From contig CAVVMW010000004.1 of NCBI GenBank assembly GCA_963749495.1, positions 640,001 to 704,000 on the forward strand: a stretch of 64,000 nt of DNA, in the 5' to 3' direction. Positions 21,282 through 31,628 of the stretch are shown here, one piece after another. The position numbers were made by a program, and so were the translations under genes. The stretch is from an uncultured bacterium (GTDB lineage Bacteria; Verrucomicrobiota; Verrucomicrobiia; Limisphaerales; UBA8199). Position 1 is the stretch's first letter. The number at the start of each line of letters is the position of its first letter. The notes under the pieces are model-generated. The model searched no databases and was not told where the DNA came from. It saw nothing but the letters and a program-made list of their open reading frames with translations.

Positions 21282-21431
21282 GTGAAAGCGTGTGTGAATT
21301 GGGCCGCCGCTGTGTGCCTCGCGGCGATCGGCCTCCTGCGGACCTCGGCTTCCGAACAGGCCGGCGTCATTCCGCTCTGGCCCGCGGGAGCGCCCGGTGA
21401 AACCGGCGGCGTGGGCGAGGAACACGAATGA
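21282..21431 (+). pseudogene. 5' remnant of a secreted alpha/beta-hydrolase-like gene
   Basis: VKACVNWAAAVCLAAIGLL...VIPLWPAGAPGE* is a signal peptide plus the LWP.GAPG motif seen at esterase N-termini. Confidence 0.45.
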
Positions 21432-21432
21432 T

Positions 21433-22884
21433 TCACAGGGTCCAGCCCTGGCGGTATTGCCGGCGCAGCATCGGGTTGGCTGCCGGCTCGTTCGTGAACC
21501 GGAAAAGCGCGCCATCCCAGTGGAGCTTCTTCTGGCTGCGCACAGCAATGTTGCCCAGCAGGCAAACCTCGGTTACGAGCGCCGCGTGGTCCACAAAGTT
21601 CGAGCCTGCGGCGGGACCGCCGCGGCAGGCGCCGACCCATTCCTCATAATGGCCGGGGGAGCGTGGCAGCGTCTTGGGAGGCAGCCTGTAAGTCTCCATG
21701 CGGGACTCCGGGACCAGCCTGTTCCCCATGAGCTTGCCTTTGTCGCCAATGTAAATGACATCTTGCAGGACATCGTCGTCATCAAACTCCGGCGGACGAG
21801 GCGGCTTCAATCCGCCGTCATACCAGGTGAGGGTCACCGGTGAGAGCTCGCCGCGCGCGGGAAACTCGAACCTCACGATCTCGCCCAACGGATAGGTTTC
21901 CGTGCTGAGTTTGGTTGCGCTGGCCTCGACGGTGACCGGATGGCCCAGGTTCAGCGCCTTGAAGACGGTCGAGAGTTTGTGCAAGCCAAGGTCCCCGAGG
22001 AGTCCCGTGCCAAAGTCGAGCCAGTTGCGCCAGGTCCACGGGTGGTAGGCGGGATGATAGGGACGAAACGGGGCGGGTCCCAGCCACAGGTCCCAGTCCA
22101 ACCCGTCGGGGACTGGCGGCGTCTCCGGCGGGCGGCCTTCCCACGTGGGCCAACTCCAGAATCGGGGCCCGCACCATACCTGCACCTCACGCGCCTGGCC
22201 GATGGCCCCCTGGGCAATGATTTCCCGCGTCACGCGCGCCGCATCGGCCGCTTGACCCTGGTTGCCGCATTGCGTGGCCACTTTGGCTTTGCGCGCCGCC
22301 TCCGCGACCTGCCGCGCTTCTTCGACCGAATACGTGAGGGGCTTCTCGCAATAGACGTGCTTGCCGCGTTGCAGGGCGGTCATCGTGATCACGGCATGAG
22401 TGTGGTCGGGCGTGGCGACCATCACCGCGTCCACGTCCTCCTTTTCGAGCAATTCCCGATAATCGGCATAGGCCCTGCAGCCGCGGTATTGGCCCGACGG
22501 CCGCTCCTTGGCATAAAGCTCGTCCATGAGGCGGCGCACCGGCTCGCGCCCGGATAGCCGCCGCTCGTTGCCCTCCGACCAGTACCAGGACTGGTAACCG
22601 CCCCCTTCGCGATTCACATCACAGACCGCCACCACCTGCACTTCCGGCAGCTTCTGCAACGCGATCATGTCCTCGGTGCCCTGTCCACCCATTCCGATGC
22701 CGGCCAGAGTGAGCTTCCCGCCTGGCGAGATCCGGCCCGGCCCGCCCAGCACGTGCCTGGGTACGAGCGTGAGCGCGGACAGCGCCAGTCCGGCCGAGGC
22801 CGTTTGGAGGAATTGGCGGCGAGTGATGTTGAGGGTTTGCGAGGCCGGATTGGCCGGGACTCTCTGTTCGTGTGGTTGCTCCAT
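21433..22884 (-). CDS. Gfo/Idh/MocA family oxidoreductase with Tat signal
   Basis: TRRQFL, IGMGGQG, ATPDHTH, CEKPL and WDLWLGPAP motifs. Confidence 0.92.
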   Translation of the reverse strand: MEQPHEQRVPANPASQTLNITRRQFLQTASAGLALSALTLVPRHVLGGPGRISPGGKLTLAGIGMGGQGTEDMIALQKLPEVQVVAVCDVNREGGGYQSWYWSEGNERRLSGREPVRRLMDELYAKERPSGQYRGCRAYADYRELLEKEDVDAVMVATPDHTHAVITMTALQRGKHVYCEKPLTYSVEEARQVAEAARKAKVATQCGNQGQAADAARVTREIIAQGAIGQAREVQVWCGPRFWSWPTWEGRPPETPPVPDGLDWDLWLGPAPFRPYHPAYHPWTWRNWLDFGTGLLGDLGLHKLSTVFKALNLGHPVTVEASATKLSTETYPLGEIVRFEFPARGELSPVTLTWYDGGLKPPRPPEFDDDDVLQDVIYIGDKGKLMGNRLVPESRMETYRLPPKTLPRSPGHYEEWVGACRGGPAAGSNFVDHAALVTEVCLLGNIAVRSQKKLHWDGALFRFTNEPAANPMLRRQYRQGWTL

Positions 22885-23096
22885 AATGCGTCCTTGGAAG
22901 CCCGGCGGGTTTCCTGACACCATGCCCGCGAGGGGGAGTGGATTCCTGGCCGAGCTCATGTTCCGGTATCAATACAGCGCAGTGTGCGGCAGGCAGGGAC
23001 TCAGTCAAGCGGAAGGTAGCCACCCTCGTAACCGCAAGTAGTGCGTCGCATACGGGGAGTTGACATTCGCCCGGCGCCCGCGTAGCCTGCCGCCCG

Positions 23097-23975
23097 ATGA
23101 ATGCGTTGGCTGACTCGCTGCTCGAACTGATTCGGCGCACCTCCGCCGAGATCCCGGATGACGTGCACCAGGCAATTCTCGGCTCGCTCGGACGGGAGCA
23201 GGAAGGGACCATCGCCCGCAACGCGATGGAGATCATCGACCGGAACATCGCCCTGGCCCGGAAGAAGTCCCAACCCATCTGCCAGGATACCGGCAGCATC
23301 CTGTTCTATGTCGGGTGCCCGATGGGTTTCGACCAAACCCATTTCGAGGAGACCGCCCGCGAGGCGGTCAGGCTGGCCACCCGCAAGGGCTATTTGCGGC
23401 AGAATTCCGTGGACTCGATCACGGGGCGCAACGACGGCACGAACGTGGGCCCCGGCTCGCCCATCCTGCACTTTGACCAGCACCGCTCGCCCGGGACCGA
23501 GGTGCGGCTCATCCTCAAGGGCGGCGGGTGCGAGAATGTCGGCGCGCAATATTCGTTGCCCAACGAGAAGCTCAAGGCCAATCGTGATTTGGACGGCTGC
23601 CGCAAGGCGATCCTCGACGCGGTGTTCCAGGCCCAGGGCAAGGGGTGCGGCCCGGGCATCCTGGGCATCTGCATCGGGGGCGACCGCGCCACGGGCTACG
23701 AATTCTCCAAGCGGCAACTCCTGCGGCGGCTGGAGGATCGCAATCCCAATCCCGACCTCGACCGCCTCGAACAAGAGGTCGTCGCCACTGCCAACAAGCT
23801 GGGCATCGGCCCGATGGGTTTCGGCGGCCAGACGACCCTGCTGGGCGCCAAGATCGGCGTCCTCAACCGCCTGCCCGCCTCCTATTTCGTCAGCATCAGC
23901 TATATGTGCTGGGCCTACCGCCGTCAGGGCATCGCCCTCGGCCCCGGTGGAGAAGTCGAAAGGTGGTTGTATTAG
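23097..23975 (+). CDS. Fe-S fumarate/tartrate hydratase, alpha subunit
   Basis: PICQDTG, KGGGCEN, GCGPG and GIGPMGFGG motifs. Confidence 0.92.
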   Translation: MNALADSLLELIRRTSAEIPDDVHQAILGSLGREQEGTIARNAMEIIDRNIALARKKSQPICQDTGSILFYVGCPMGFDQTHFEETAREAVRLATRKGYLRQNSVDSITGRNDGTNVGPGSPILHFDQHRSPGTEVRLILKGGGCENVGAQYSLPNEKLKANRDLDGCRKAILDAVFQAQGKGCGPGILGICIGGDRATGYEFSKRQLLRRLEDRNPNPDLDRLEQEVVATANKLGIGPMGFGGQTTLLGAKIGVLNRLPASYFVSISYMCWAYRRQGIALGPGGEVERWLY

Positions 23976-24003
23976 TGTGGTGTCTCCGAAATGGCTATAC
24001 ACC

Positions 24004-24036
24004 TCACGTTTCACGTTTCACGCCTCACGTTTTCAC
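24004..24036 (+). repeat. Heptamer array (TCACGTT-like) between the hydratase subunit genes
   Basis: tcacgtt tcacgtt tcacgcc tcacgtt ttcac. Confidence 0.8.
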
Positions 24037-24040
24037 CCCC

Positions 24041-24616
24041 ATGATCTCTCTCACCACACCCCTTAGCGAAGCGGCGGTCCGCGCCTTGAAAGTAGGCGAT
24101 GAGGCCGCCATCACCGGCACTCTGTTCACCGGGCGCGATGCCGTCCACAAGTATCTCCATGAAGGCGGGCGGCTCCCGCCGGGTGTGAGCCTCAAGGGAG
24201 GGATTCTCTACCACTGCGGTCCGGTGGTCATCAAGGACGAGCGGGGCAACTGGAAATGCGTCGCCGCCGGCCCCACGACCTCCATCCGCGAGGAGCCCTA
24301 CCAAGGGCAGATCATCCGGGACTTCGGGTTGCGCGGCATCATCGGCAAAGGCGGGATGGCGGAGAGGACGCTCTCGGCCTGCAAGGAACACGGGTGCGTG
24401 TATCTCCACGCGGTCGGCGGCGCCGCACAGGTCCTGGCCGAGTGCATCCGCAGGGTGCCCAACGTCTATTTCATGGAGCAGTTCGGCGCCCCCGAGGCCA
24501 TCTGGGAATTCGAGGTGGCCGCCTTCCCGGTCGTCGTCACTATGGACGCCCGCGGCAACTCGCTGCACAAAGAGGTCCTGGCCGCCAGCCAGGCCCAGTT
24601 GGCCAAATTCGTGTAG
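24041..24616 (+). CDS. Fe-S fumarate/tartrate hydratase, beta subunit
   Basis: TGRDAVH, HCGP, GPTTSIR, IGKGGM and MDARGNSL motifs. Confidence 0.92.
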   Translation: MISLTTPLSEAAVRALKVGDEAAITGTLFTGRDAVHKYLHEGGRLPPGVSLKGGILYHCGPVVIKDERGNWKCVAAGPTTSIREEPYQGQIIRDFGLRGIIGKGGMAERTLSACKEHGCVYLHAVGGAAQVLAECIRRVPNVYFMEQFGAPEAIWEFEVAAFPVVVTMDARGNSLHKEVLAASQAQLAKFV

Positions 24617-24649
24617 CGCTGACCGAGGCCGCAGCCGGGCCTTTCTCCC

Positions 24650-24920
24650 GGCCCAAGGGGCCGCGAGAGCCCAGCCCAGGGCTGAGGCCGTCAGGCCGAT
24701 GCCCTGGGTACAGGGCCGGCGAACTCAATCGCGCCCTGAAAGAACTCCCGGAACGAATTCGCGCTTTGCGCCCCTGAACCTCGACACTGCGTTCCCGTCC
24801 CGCGAAGCGTTTTGGACTGCGGCAGTCCTCTGCCGCTTTTGTGTCCCCTCGCTGCCGGCGCGAAAGCGGCAGAGGACTGCCGCAGTCCAAAACCTTCGGA
24901 CATGGTGTCGGTTCATGGGG
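24650..24920. repeat. Composite REP/REPIN-like element (copy A)
   Basis: Perfect 30-bp stem (24810-24839 / 24863-24892); ~190 bp are nearly identical, in inverted orientation, to ~33827-34015. Confidence 0.85.
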
Positions 24921-25080
24921 ACGCTCCGGCGGCCTCTCCATGATGTGGTTACTTTCTTGTCTCGCACCGGGCCTTACGCCCCCACCCCTCCACTCCGCTT
25001 GCGCACCCCTCAAGTTTGGGGCAACATGAAACGCGGGTATCAGGCTACTCACAGTTGACCACGCAACGAACAGAAACGCT

Positions 25081-25926
25081 ATGGCAAAGCAAATGAACAA
25101 AACACCTAAAGACCCCGTCGCGGAACTCGGGGGCGAGGAGAGTTTTCGCCTCCTGGTCGAGAGCGTCAAGGACTACGCGATTGTCATGCTGGATCCGACC
25201 GGCCACGTGGTCAGTTGGAATGAGGGCGCCCAGCGCATCAAGGGGTGGCGCGCCGAGGAGATTCTGGGCAAACACTTCTCCTGTTTTTATCCCCCGGAGG
25301 CCCTCCAAAAGGGCTTTCCGGAGCAGGAACTCAAGGCGGCGGCCAAGGACGGCCGGTTCGAAGACGAGAATTGGCGTGTGCGCAAAGACGGGTCGAAGTT
25401 TTGGGCCAACGTCGTCGTCACGGCCTTGCGTGACAAGAATGGCAGGCTGCGGGGTTTCGGCAAAGTGACGCGCAACCTGACCGAGCGCAGGCAGGCCGAG
25501 GAGCGCATACAGCAGCAATCCCGCGAGATCATGGAGTTGTCCACGCCGGTGATGCAGGTCTGGCAAGGCGTCGTGGCCGCCCCGCTCATCGGCTCGCTCG
25601 ACAGCCAGCGCACCCAGCAGTTCATGGAGCGACTGCTCAATCGCATCGTGGAGACCAACTCCCCTGTCGCCCTGGTCGATATTATGGGCGTGCCCACCAT
25701 CGATACCCAGACCGCCCAGCACCTCATCGATACCGTGAGCGCGGTCCGGTTGCTCGGCGCCCAGGTGGTCCTGACCGGTGTGCGGCCCGCCATCGCCCAG
25801 ACGCTGGTACACCTGGGGATTGACCTCTCGGACATCGTCACCCGCTCCTCGCTCGCCGCCGGATTGCAGGTCGCCCTCGAAATCCTCGACCTCCAGGTCG
25901 TCAATAAGAACGCTGGCAGCCAATGA
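25081..25926 (+). CDS. rsbR: RsbR-like PAS+STAS stressosome sensor
   Basis: PAS/PAC domain (SWNEGAQRIKG...RKDGSKFWANV) followed by STAS (ELSTPV, PLIGSLDS.R, IDT). Confidence 0.9.
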   Translation: MAKQMNKTPKDPVAELGGEESFRLLVESVKDYAIVMLDPTGHVVSWNEGAQRIKGWRAEEILGKHFSCFYPPEALQKGFPEQELKAAAKDGRFEDENWRVRKDGSKFWANVVVTALRDKNGRLRGFGKVTRNLTERRQAEERIQQQSREIMELSTPVMQVWQGVVAAPLIGSLDSQRTQQFMERLLNRIVETNSPVALVDIMGVPTIDTQTAQHLIDTVSAVRLLGAQVVLTGVRPAIAQTLVHLGIDLSDIVTRSSLAAGLQVALEILDLQVVNKNAGSQ

Positions 25927-25938
25927 GCATGGCGCGTT

Positions 25939-26370
25939 ATGTCAGCCGAAAGCATCTCCGTCCTCAAAGTCCGCAACGTTCTCCTGGTCACGGTGCCGCC
26001 CGACCCTGACGATGCCACCGTCTCGGCGCTCCAGCAAGGGGTGCTGGACGCGATGGCGCAACACGGCGCCAAGGGACTTGTGCTGGACATCTCGACAGTC
26101 CAGACGCTGGACTCCTTCTTCGCGCGAACGGTGACCGAGACCGTGCAGATGGTCGCCTTGATGGGGGGGCGGACGGTGGTGGCGGGCATGCGCCCGAGCG
26201 TGGCCGTCATTGCCACACAACTGGGACTCACCCTGGGGCGCGCAGAGACCGCCCTGGACGTGGACCGGGCCTTGGAGCGGTTGCGCGGCGCGCCAGTGGC
26301 GCACCGCCGCGCAGGTCGAGGCGGCTCGCACCTGAACCGCAGAACGGCCAATCACGGGGAGGCCGCATGA
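25939..26370 (+). CDS. rsbS: RsbS-like STAS protein
   Basis: LVLDIS...LDSF, MGG.TVVAGMRP.VA and TALDVD motifs. Confidence 0.88.
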   Translation: MSAESISVLKVRNVLLVTVPPDPDDATVSALQQGVLDAMAQHGAKGLVLDISTVQTLDSFFARTVTETVQMVALMGGRTVVAGMRPSVAVIATQLGLTLGRAETALDVDRALERLRGAPVAHRRAGRGGSHLNRRTANHGEAA

Positions 26371-26840
26371 ACCGAACAGCCGTCCCAGCTCCCGAGGCCC
26401 CCGGCCGGCCGGAAGAGGCGCCCGGGAAAACCCGCGACCCGGAAATCCAGGGCGAACTGCGCATTACCTCGGAGGGCGACATCGTTGCCGCCCGCAAGGC
26501 CATCCGCAAGGCAGCGACCGCCTTGGGCTTTGGCCTCATCAACGTGACCCGCATCGTTACCGCGGCTTCCGAGTTGACCCGCAACATCTACCAGTATGCC
26601 GGTTCGGGCGCTGTGCGCTGGCGCGCGCTGGCCAAGGGCGGCGCCTTTGGGTTGGAATTGGTGTTCGAGGACCAGGGCCCTGGGATTCCCGATGTTCAAA
26701 AGGCCCTGGAGCCGGGGTTCACCACGGGGCGCGGCATGGGGCTGGGATTGCCCGGCGCCAGGCGCCTGATGGATGAAATGAGGATCGAGTCCGAGGTGGG
26801 CAGAGGGACGCTGGTGGAGGTCAGGAAATGGTTGAAATAG
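26367..26840 (+). CDS. rsbT: RsbT-like Ser/Thr kinase (GHKL fold)
   Basis: DIVAAR, TAASEL.RNI, DQGPGI and G.GLGLPGARRLMDE motifs. Confidence 0.92.
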   Translation: MNRTAVPAPEAPGRPEEAPGKTRDPEIQGELRITSEGDIVAARKAIRKAATALGFGLINVTRIVTAASELTRNIYQYAGSGAVRWRALAKGGAFGLELVFEDQGPGIPDVQKALEPGFTTGRGMGLGLPGARRLMDEMRIESEVGRGTLVEVRKWLK

Positions 26841-27859
26841 AGGCAGGCGGCAACTGGGCGCTCCAGACCATCGAGGTGCGTCAGCGAAGCGACGTCGCCG
26901 CCGCGCGACGGGCGGCCAAGGCAGCCGCCGAGACGCTTGGCTTCGAGGGCGTGGCCTGCGAGGAGATTGGGCTGGCCATGACCGAGCTGGCCACCAACCT
27001 GCTCAGGCATGCCCGGGCCGGCAGGCTGGTCCTGGTGCCGCTTGCGGCCCGAGGGCGGGTCGGGCTGGAGATTCAATCGCAAGACCAGGGTCCCGGCATC
27101 GCGGACGTGGAGCGCGCCCTGGCGGACGGCTTCTCCACCGCTGCCAGCCTGGGCTGCGGCCTGGGCGCCGTGAACCGGCTGATGGACGAGTTTGACATCG
27201 GTTCGCGCCCCAGCGGCACCCGCATCGTCTGCAGGAAGTGGCGCCGCCGCCACCACGTCAGTCTCCGGGCTTGCCCTTTGGCCTTCGGCGCGGCCACCCG
27301 GCCGCGCCCGGGCTATGACCTGAATGGAGACGCGTTGGTCCTGCGCCGGTGGGGGGAGAGCGCGTTGGCGGGGATTATTGATGGATTGGGCCACGGGCAA
27401 TTTGCGCACCGGGCGGCGGAAGCGGCGCGCCAGTACGTCGAGAGCCATCACGATTCGCCGCTGGGCCAGTTGTTCGCGGGTGCCGGGCGCGCCTGCCGGG
27501 GCACGCGCGGCGTGGTGATGGCGCTGGCGCGCTTCGATTGGGCGCTGGAGACACTGGCCTTTGCCTCCGTGGGCGACATCGAGGTCCGGGCCTTCCCCCG
27601 TTCCGTGCGGTTCCCATTCCCTACCCAGCGCGGCATCGTCGGCCTCAACGCCCCCCCTGCCACCGTCACCAAGCATCACTGGTCCGCAGACAACATCATG
27701 GTCCTCCACTCCGACGGCCTGGACACCCACTGGTCGTTGGAGGATTTTCCCGGCTTGGCCCACAAACCCGCCGGCCCGATGGCCCGGCAACTGTTGCAGG
27801 CCCTGGCCAAAGACCACGATGACGCCACTGTGCTCGTCATCCGAAAGGCCACGCCATGA
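26828..27859 (+). CDS. RsbT-like kinase fused to a SpoIIE/PP2C phosphatase (RsbX-like)
   Basis: N-terminal ELATNL..H / DQGPGI / LG.GLG; C-terminal NGD, DGLGHG, HSDGL and DDAT motifs. Confidence 0.88.
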   Translation: MVEIEAGGNWALQTIEVRQRSDVAAARRAAKAAAETLGFEGVACEEIGLAMTELATNLLRHARAGRLVLVPLAARGRVGLEIQSQDQGPGIADVERALADGFSTAASLGCGLGAVNRLMDEFDIGSRPSGTRIVCRKWRRRHHVSLRACPLAFGAATRPRPGYDLNGDALVLRRWGESALAGIIDGLGHGQFAHRAAEAARQYVESHHDSPLGQLFAGAGRACRGTRGVVMALARFDWALETLAFASVGDIEVRAFPRSVRFPFPTQRGIVGLNAPPATVTKHHWSADNIMVLHSDGLDTHWSLEDFPGLAHKPAGPMARQLLQALAKDHDDATVLVIRKATP

Positions 27860-29179
27860 CCGCCGAAGAGCTGCAAGAGCAATTGGCCAGAATGGAGGCG
27901 ATGGTCCGCGCCCTCCAGCAGGAACTGGCAGAGAGCAACCGCCGCCTGGCCGCCCTGACCCTTGGGCTGGAGAAGCGCATCGATGAGCGCGACGCCGGCC
28001 TGCGCGCCGCCAATGCCGCGCTCGAGCAAAGCAACACCAGGCTGGCGGGCGCCGAGGCGACGGTCCGCGCCCTGCAGGAAGAGTTGAGCGAGACCAACCG
28101 CGGCCTGGTGGCCCTGACACTCGAGCTGGAGCAGCGCGTGGATGCCCGCACCGCGGAATTGCGGCAGTTGAACCTCGAACTCGAGGCCCGCGTCCAGGAG
28201 CGCACCGCCCAACTGCGCCAGGCCAACGACAATCTCCAGAACTTCGCCCACTCGGCGGCCCACGACCTGCGCGCGCCCCTGCGGGCGATCAAGAGCTTCT
28301 CGGACATCGTCCTGGACGAATACGCCCGGCAACTCGATCCCCAGGGGCAATCGCTGCTCCAGCGCATCACGCAATCCGCCGCCCAAATGCAGCAACTCCT
28401 GGATGACCTGCTCGAGGTACAGCAAGATCGGCCAGGAGGAACTCAGGCTCGAACCCGTGAGCCTGCAAGACGCCGTGCGCGATGCGCTGGCCCTGCTCGA
28501 GGCCGACGTTCACGCCAAAGAGGCCAGCGTCACCGTGGAAGATTCACTGCCTGAAGTCATCGGCCACTCCGCCACACTCGTGCTCCTGATCAATAACCTG
28601 GTCTCCAATGCGCTCAAATTCGTCTCGCCCGGCGTGGTGCCACGAATCCACATCCGGGCCGAGGAAGTGCAGAGTGCGGAAGACGGAGGTCGGAGGTCGG
28701 AGGTCGGAGGTCGGAGTCAGCCCCCGTCGCTCGATTCTGCTCCCGCGCTCGGCGCCCCGCCCGACTCCGCACTCCGCACTCCGTCCACCCTCCGTAGCAG
28801 AGCTACTGCGGAGGACGGGCACTCCGCACTTGGAAGGGTCCGCCTGTGGGTGGAGGACAACGGCATTGGCATCGAGCCCAGAGACCTGGGCAAGGTCTTT
28901 CATGTCTTTCAGCGTCTGCACGGCAGAAGCCTCTATCCTGGCACCGGCTTGGGCTTGGCCATCGTCCGCAAGGGCGCCGAGCGCATGGGCGGCTCCGTCG
29001 GCGTCAAATCCCAACCGGGCGCCGGCAGCCGCTTCTGGGTGGACCTGCCCCAGGCCGGTCAGTGCAGCGTTCGACAAACAGGTGGTCAGCTTTCGCAGGC
29101 GACGGTTGAAAAGCAGCCGAACACCGGAGGGGCGAGGGTCGAGAGAAGAGGGCCGAGGGGCGAGGGTCGAGGAGGCTGA
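27856..29179 (+). CDS. Sensor histidine kinase (frameshift ~28416, likely an error) with repeat-derived insert
   Basis: Duplicated EL.E.NR.L.ALTL.LE coiled coil; H-box AHDLRAPL; NLVSNALKF, DNGIG and GTGLGLA motifs. Confidence 0.88.
28784..28819. repeat. 36-bp hairpin unit inside a CACTCCG heptamer array
   Basis: TCCACCCTCCGTAGCAGAGCTACTGCGGAGGACGGG; an identical copy lies at 59436-59471. Confidence 0.9.
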
Positions 29180-29238
29180 TCTCCATCACTCGACCCTCGG
29201 CCCTCGGCCCTGGCCGCCCTCGCGGTGTGAATGCCCGA

Positions 29239-30291
29239 CTACTCCTGGTCCAGTTCAGGCCAATCGGGGGCGTAGGTGCGGGGCGGCATAGCGGTTCGTT
29301 GCGAAGGGTCTTCTTCAATTCCGCGTCGCACACCGGGCGCAGCGGCGGGGCCGCCGGGACGACCGAACCGAGGGTGCTCGAAATCCATCGCGCGGCCGGG
29401 TCCGCCCGGAGCACGGAAACCACGGAATCCGCCCGGACCGGCGGGCATTTCAGGAGCGCCGGGCATGCCGCCCCATTGCGGACCGGACCCGCCAAAACCA
29501 TACTCCCCGCCGCGCCAGGGCGGCGGCAGGGCCGGGCCATGGAACCGGCCGGCGAATCCATCCCATCCCCTCGGACCGCCAAACCCGGGCCGCGCTCCGT
29601 CCGTCATTGGCCCAGCGCCGCCCCAAGCGTACAAACGCTCACGAAAGCTGCCCGGACCGCCCGGCCCCTCCGGACCGCCGGGCATGCCGCCCCGTTGCGG
29701 ACCGGGCCCGCCGAAACCATACTCCCCGCCGCGCCAGGGCGGCGGCATCCCTGGCCCATGAAATCGGCCGCCAAATCCATCCAATCGGCCCGGACTGCCA
29801 AACCAAGGCCGCGGACCCTCCATCACCCGCCCAGGCCCGCCCCAACCATGCGCACCCTCATAGGACCCGCCGGGGCCGCCAGGGCCTTGCAGACCGCCAG
29901 GCCCGCCGCCCCACCCGGGACCGTACCCCCCAAACCCGGGACGCTCCCCACCCATCATCGGTGGAGGTCCGCCCGGAGGACGCGGTCCGCCACGAAACCT
30001 CCCAAAGTCGCCAGGGGCGCGGTCGCGACCGCCTCCGCCTGGTTCACCGACCGCTTCGGCCTGTCGGCGCTCCTCCATCCTCCGGCGAACCTGCCCCTGG
30101 TCCGACCCCCGGCTTGAGTTGTCCTGCCCCTGGAAATCCTCCTGTCTGCGGTCCATCATCTGACGGACCTCCTGGGAATCGGAATTCTCCCCGGGAGGGC
30201 GTTCTTGAGAGCATGCGTTTCCAGCGCCGAACAACAGCCAACCGGCCGTTCCCAGCGCTCCAGTGATAATCGAACGAGTTACTGTTTTCAT
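29239..30291 (-). CDS. Secreted Gly/Pro-rich low-complexity repeat protein
   Basis: Signal-like N-terminus; internal ~79-aa duplication (…GRFHGP..PPPWRGGEYGFGG.GPQ.GGMPG…). Confidence 0.7.
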   Translation of the reverse strand: MKTVTRSIITGALGTAGWLLFGAGNACSQERPPGENSDSQEVRQMMDRRQEDFQGQDNSSRGSDQGQVRRRMEERRQAEAVGEPGGGGRDRAPGDFGRFRGGPRPPGGPPPMMGGERPGFGGYGPGWGGGPGGLQGPGGPGGSYEGAHGWGGPGRVMEGPRPWFGSPGRLDGFGGRFHGPGMPPPWRGGEYGFGGPGPQRGGMPGGPEGPGGPGSFRERLYAWGGAGPMTDGARPGFGGPRGWDGFAGRFHGPALPPPWRGGEYGFGGSGPQWGGMPGAPEMPAGPGGFRGFRAPGGPGRAMDFEHPRFGRPGGPAAAPGVRRGIEEDPSQRTAMPPRTYAPDWPELDQE

Positions 30292-30443
30292 ATTGCCCCG
30301 ATGATAAACCAGGTCACCTTAAGAGAGCGTGAAGCGCGCTTCTGGCAACGGTTTTCCAGCGAGGCAGCGTTGCGGAAGGGACAAAAGGGACTGAAGGGAC
30401 TAAAGCGACGGCGCGGGTTGGCTCTGCAAACTCCGGTGAATCA

Positions 30444-31028
30444 TCAGAGCCCAGCGAGCAACTCCGACACGGAAACCGCAAAGCCCTCGAGCAGGCGCGA
30501 CTGGGCCTGCTCGCCCGGGCGCCAGCGTCCGGCCAGTTGGTACTCGCCCGCGTTGAGATGGAACACCTCGATTGTCTCTGCTTCCGGGTCGATCAGCCAG
30601 TACTCGAGGACACCGTGTTGTTCGTAAAGATCCCGTTTGTCGATCCGGTCGCGCCGGCGTGATTCGGGCGAAATCACTTCGGCGACAAGGTCGGCCGCCC
30701 CCATCACGCTGTTCCGAATAATGCTCACGCGCGTCTTGGCGATGAAAATCACATCGGGTTGAGTCGCCCGGTGCGGGCCGAGGACCATATCAATGGGCGC
30801 GATGCCGGTTTCTCCCAGCCCATGGCCGGCAACCCAGGCGTCCAGCAACTTGTAAAACCGTGCCACGATGCGTTGGTGGAAAAACGAGGGTGCGGGCGAC
30901 ATGATCAGCTCTCCGTCCCACAATTCAGTCGGCAAGTTGCTCTCGGGCAACTCGGCGGCGAGCTCCGCGAACGTCCAACGACGCTCCTTCCGTTTGCGTG
31001 CCGTCGGTCTGGACCGGACTGTTATCAC
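30444..31028 (-). CDS. Uma2/DUF820 family PD-(D/E)XK endonuclease
   Basis: ELWDGEL.MSPAP..HQ, QPDV, DLVAEVISP, DR..KR.LY...GV.EYWLIDP motifs. Confidence 0.92.
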   Translation of the reverse strand: MITVRSRPTARKRKERRWTFAELAAELPESNLPTELWDGELIMSPAPSFFHQRIVARFYKLLDAWVAGHGLGETGIAPIDMVLGPHRATQPDVIFIAKTRVSIIRNSVMGAADLVAEVISPESRRRDRIDKRDLYEQHGVLEYWLIDPEAETIEVFHLNAGEYQLAGRWRPGEQAQSRLLEGFAVSVSELLAGL

Positions 31029-31079
31029 ACCTCAAATCAAACGCCAAATCCCCGGCCAGTCAAGCGAACAGTCGGCCGC

Positions 31080-31628
31080 TCACGAGGCGGCCAGGGCCGC
31101 CTCGATCGCCTGCTTGACCTCCGGCGAGTCGGGCTTGTCTTTCGGCTCGAACCGTTTCAGGACGCTGCCGTCGCGCCCGATGAGAAACTTGCTGAAGTTC
31201 CAGCGGATGTTCCCGGGAAACGGGGAGTCCTTGCCGGCCAGAATCGAGTAAAGCGGGTGGCGGTTCGGCCCGTTGACCTCGAGCTTCTCGAAGAGCGGAA
31301 ACGTGACCTGGTACTTCGAGGAGCAGAACTGCTTGATTTGCTCGGCGGTGCCTGGTTCCTGGGCGCCGAACTGGTTGCAGGGGAAGCCCAGCACCACCAG
31401 ACCTTTGTCCTTGTACTGCTGCTGGAGCGCCTCCAGCCCCGCGTATTGAGGAGTGTAGCCGCACTTGGAGGCCACATTGACGATGAGCAGGACCTTCCCC
31501 TTGTAGCTCTTCAACGAGGTCGGATTGCCATCGATGTCTTTGAGCGGCACTTTGTAAAGAGACTCGGACGCCCGGGCACCAACCACGCCAAGCGGCAAGA
31601 GGGCACAAAGGAGTAAAGCTGTTTTCAT
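31080..31628 (-). CDS. gpx: Glutathione peroxidase (Cys type) with signal-like N-terminus
   Basis: NVASKCG, GFPCNQFG.QEPG and WNF.KFL motifs. Confidence 0.95.
   Translation of the reverse strand: MKTALLLCALLPLGVVGARASESLYKVPLKDIDGNPTSLKSYKGKVLLIVNVASKCGYTPQYAGLEALQQQYKDKGLVVLGFPCNQFGAQEPGTAEQIKQFCSSKYQVTFPLFEKLEVNGPNRHPLYSILAGKDSPFPGNIRWNFSKFLIGRDGSVLKRFEPKDKPDSPEVKQAIEAALAAS

Noticed and set aside
31080..31628. Selenocysteine glutathione peroxidase
   Set aside because: The active-site codon is TGC (Cys), not TGA.
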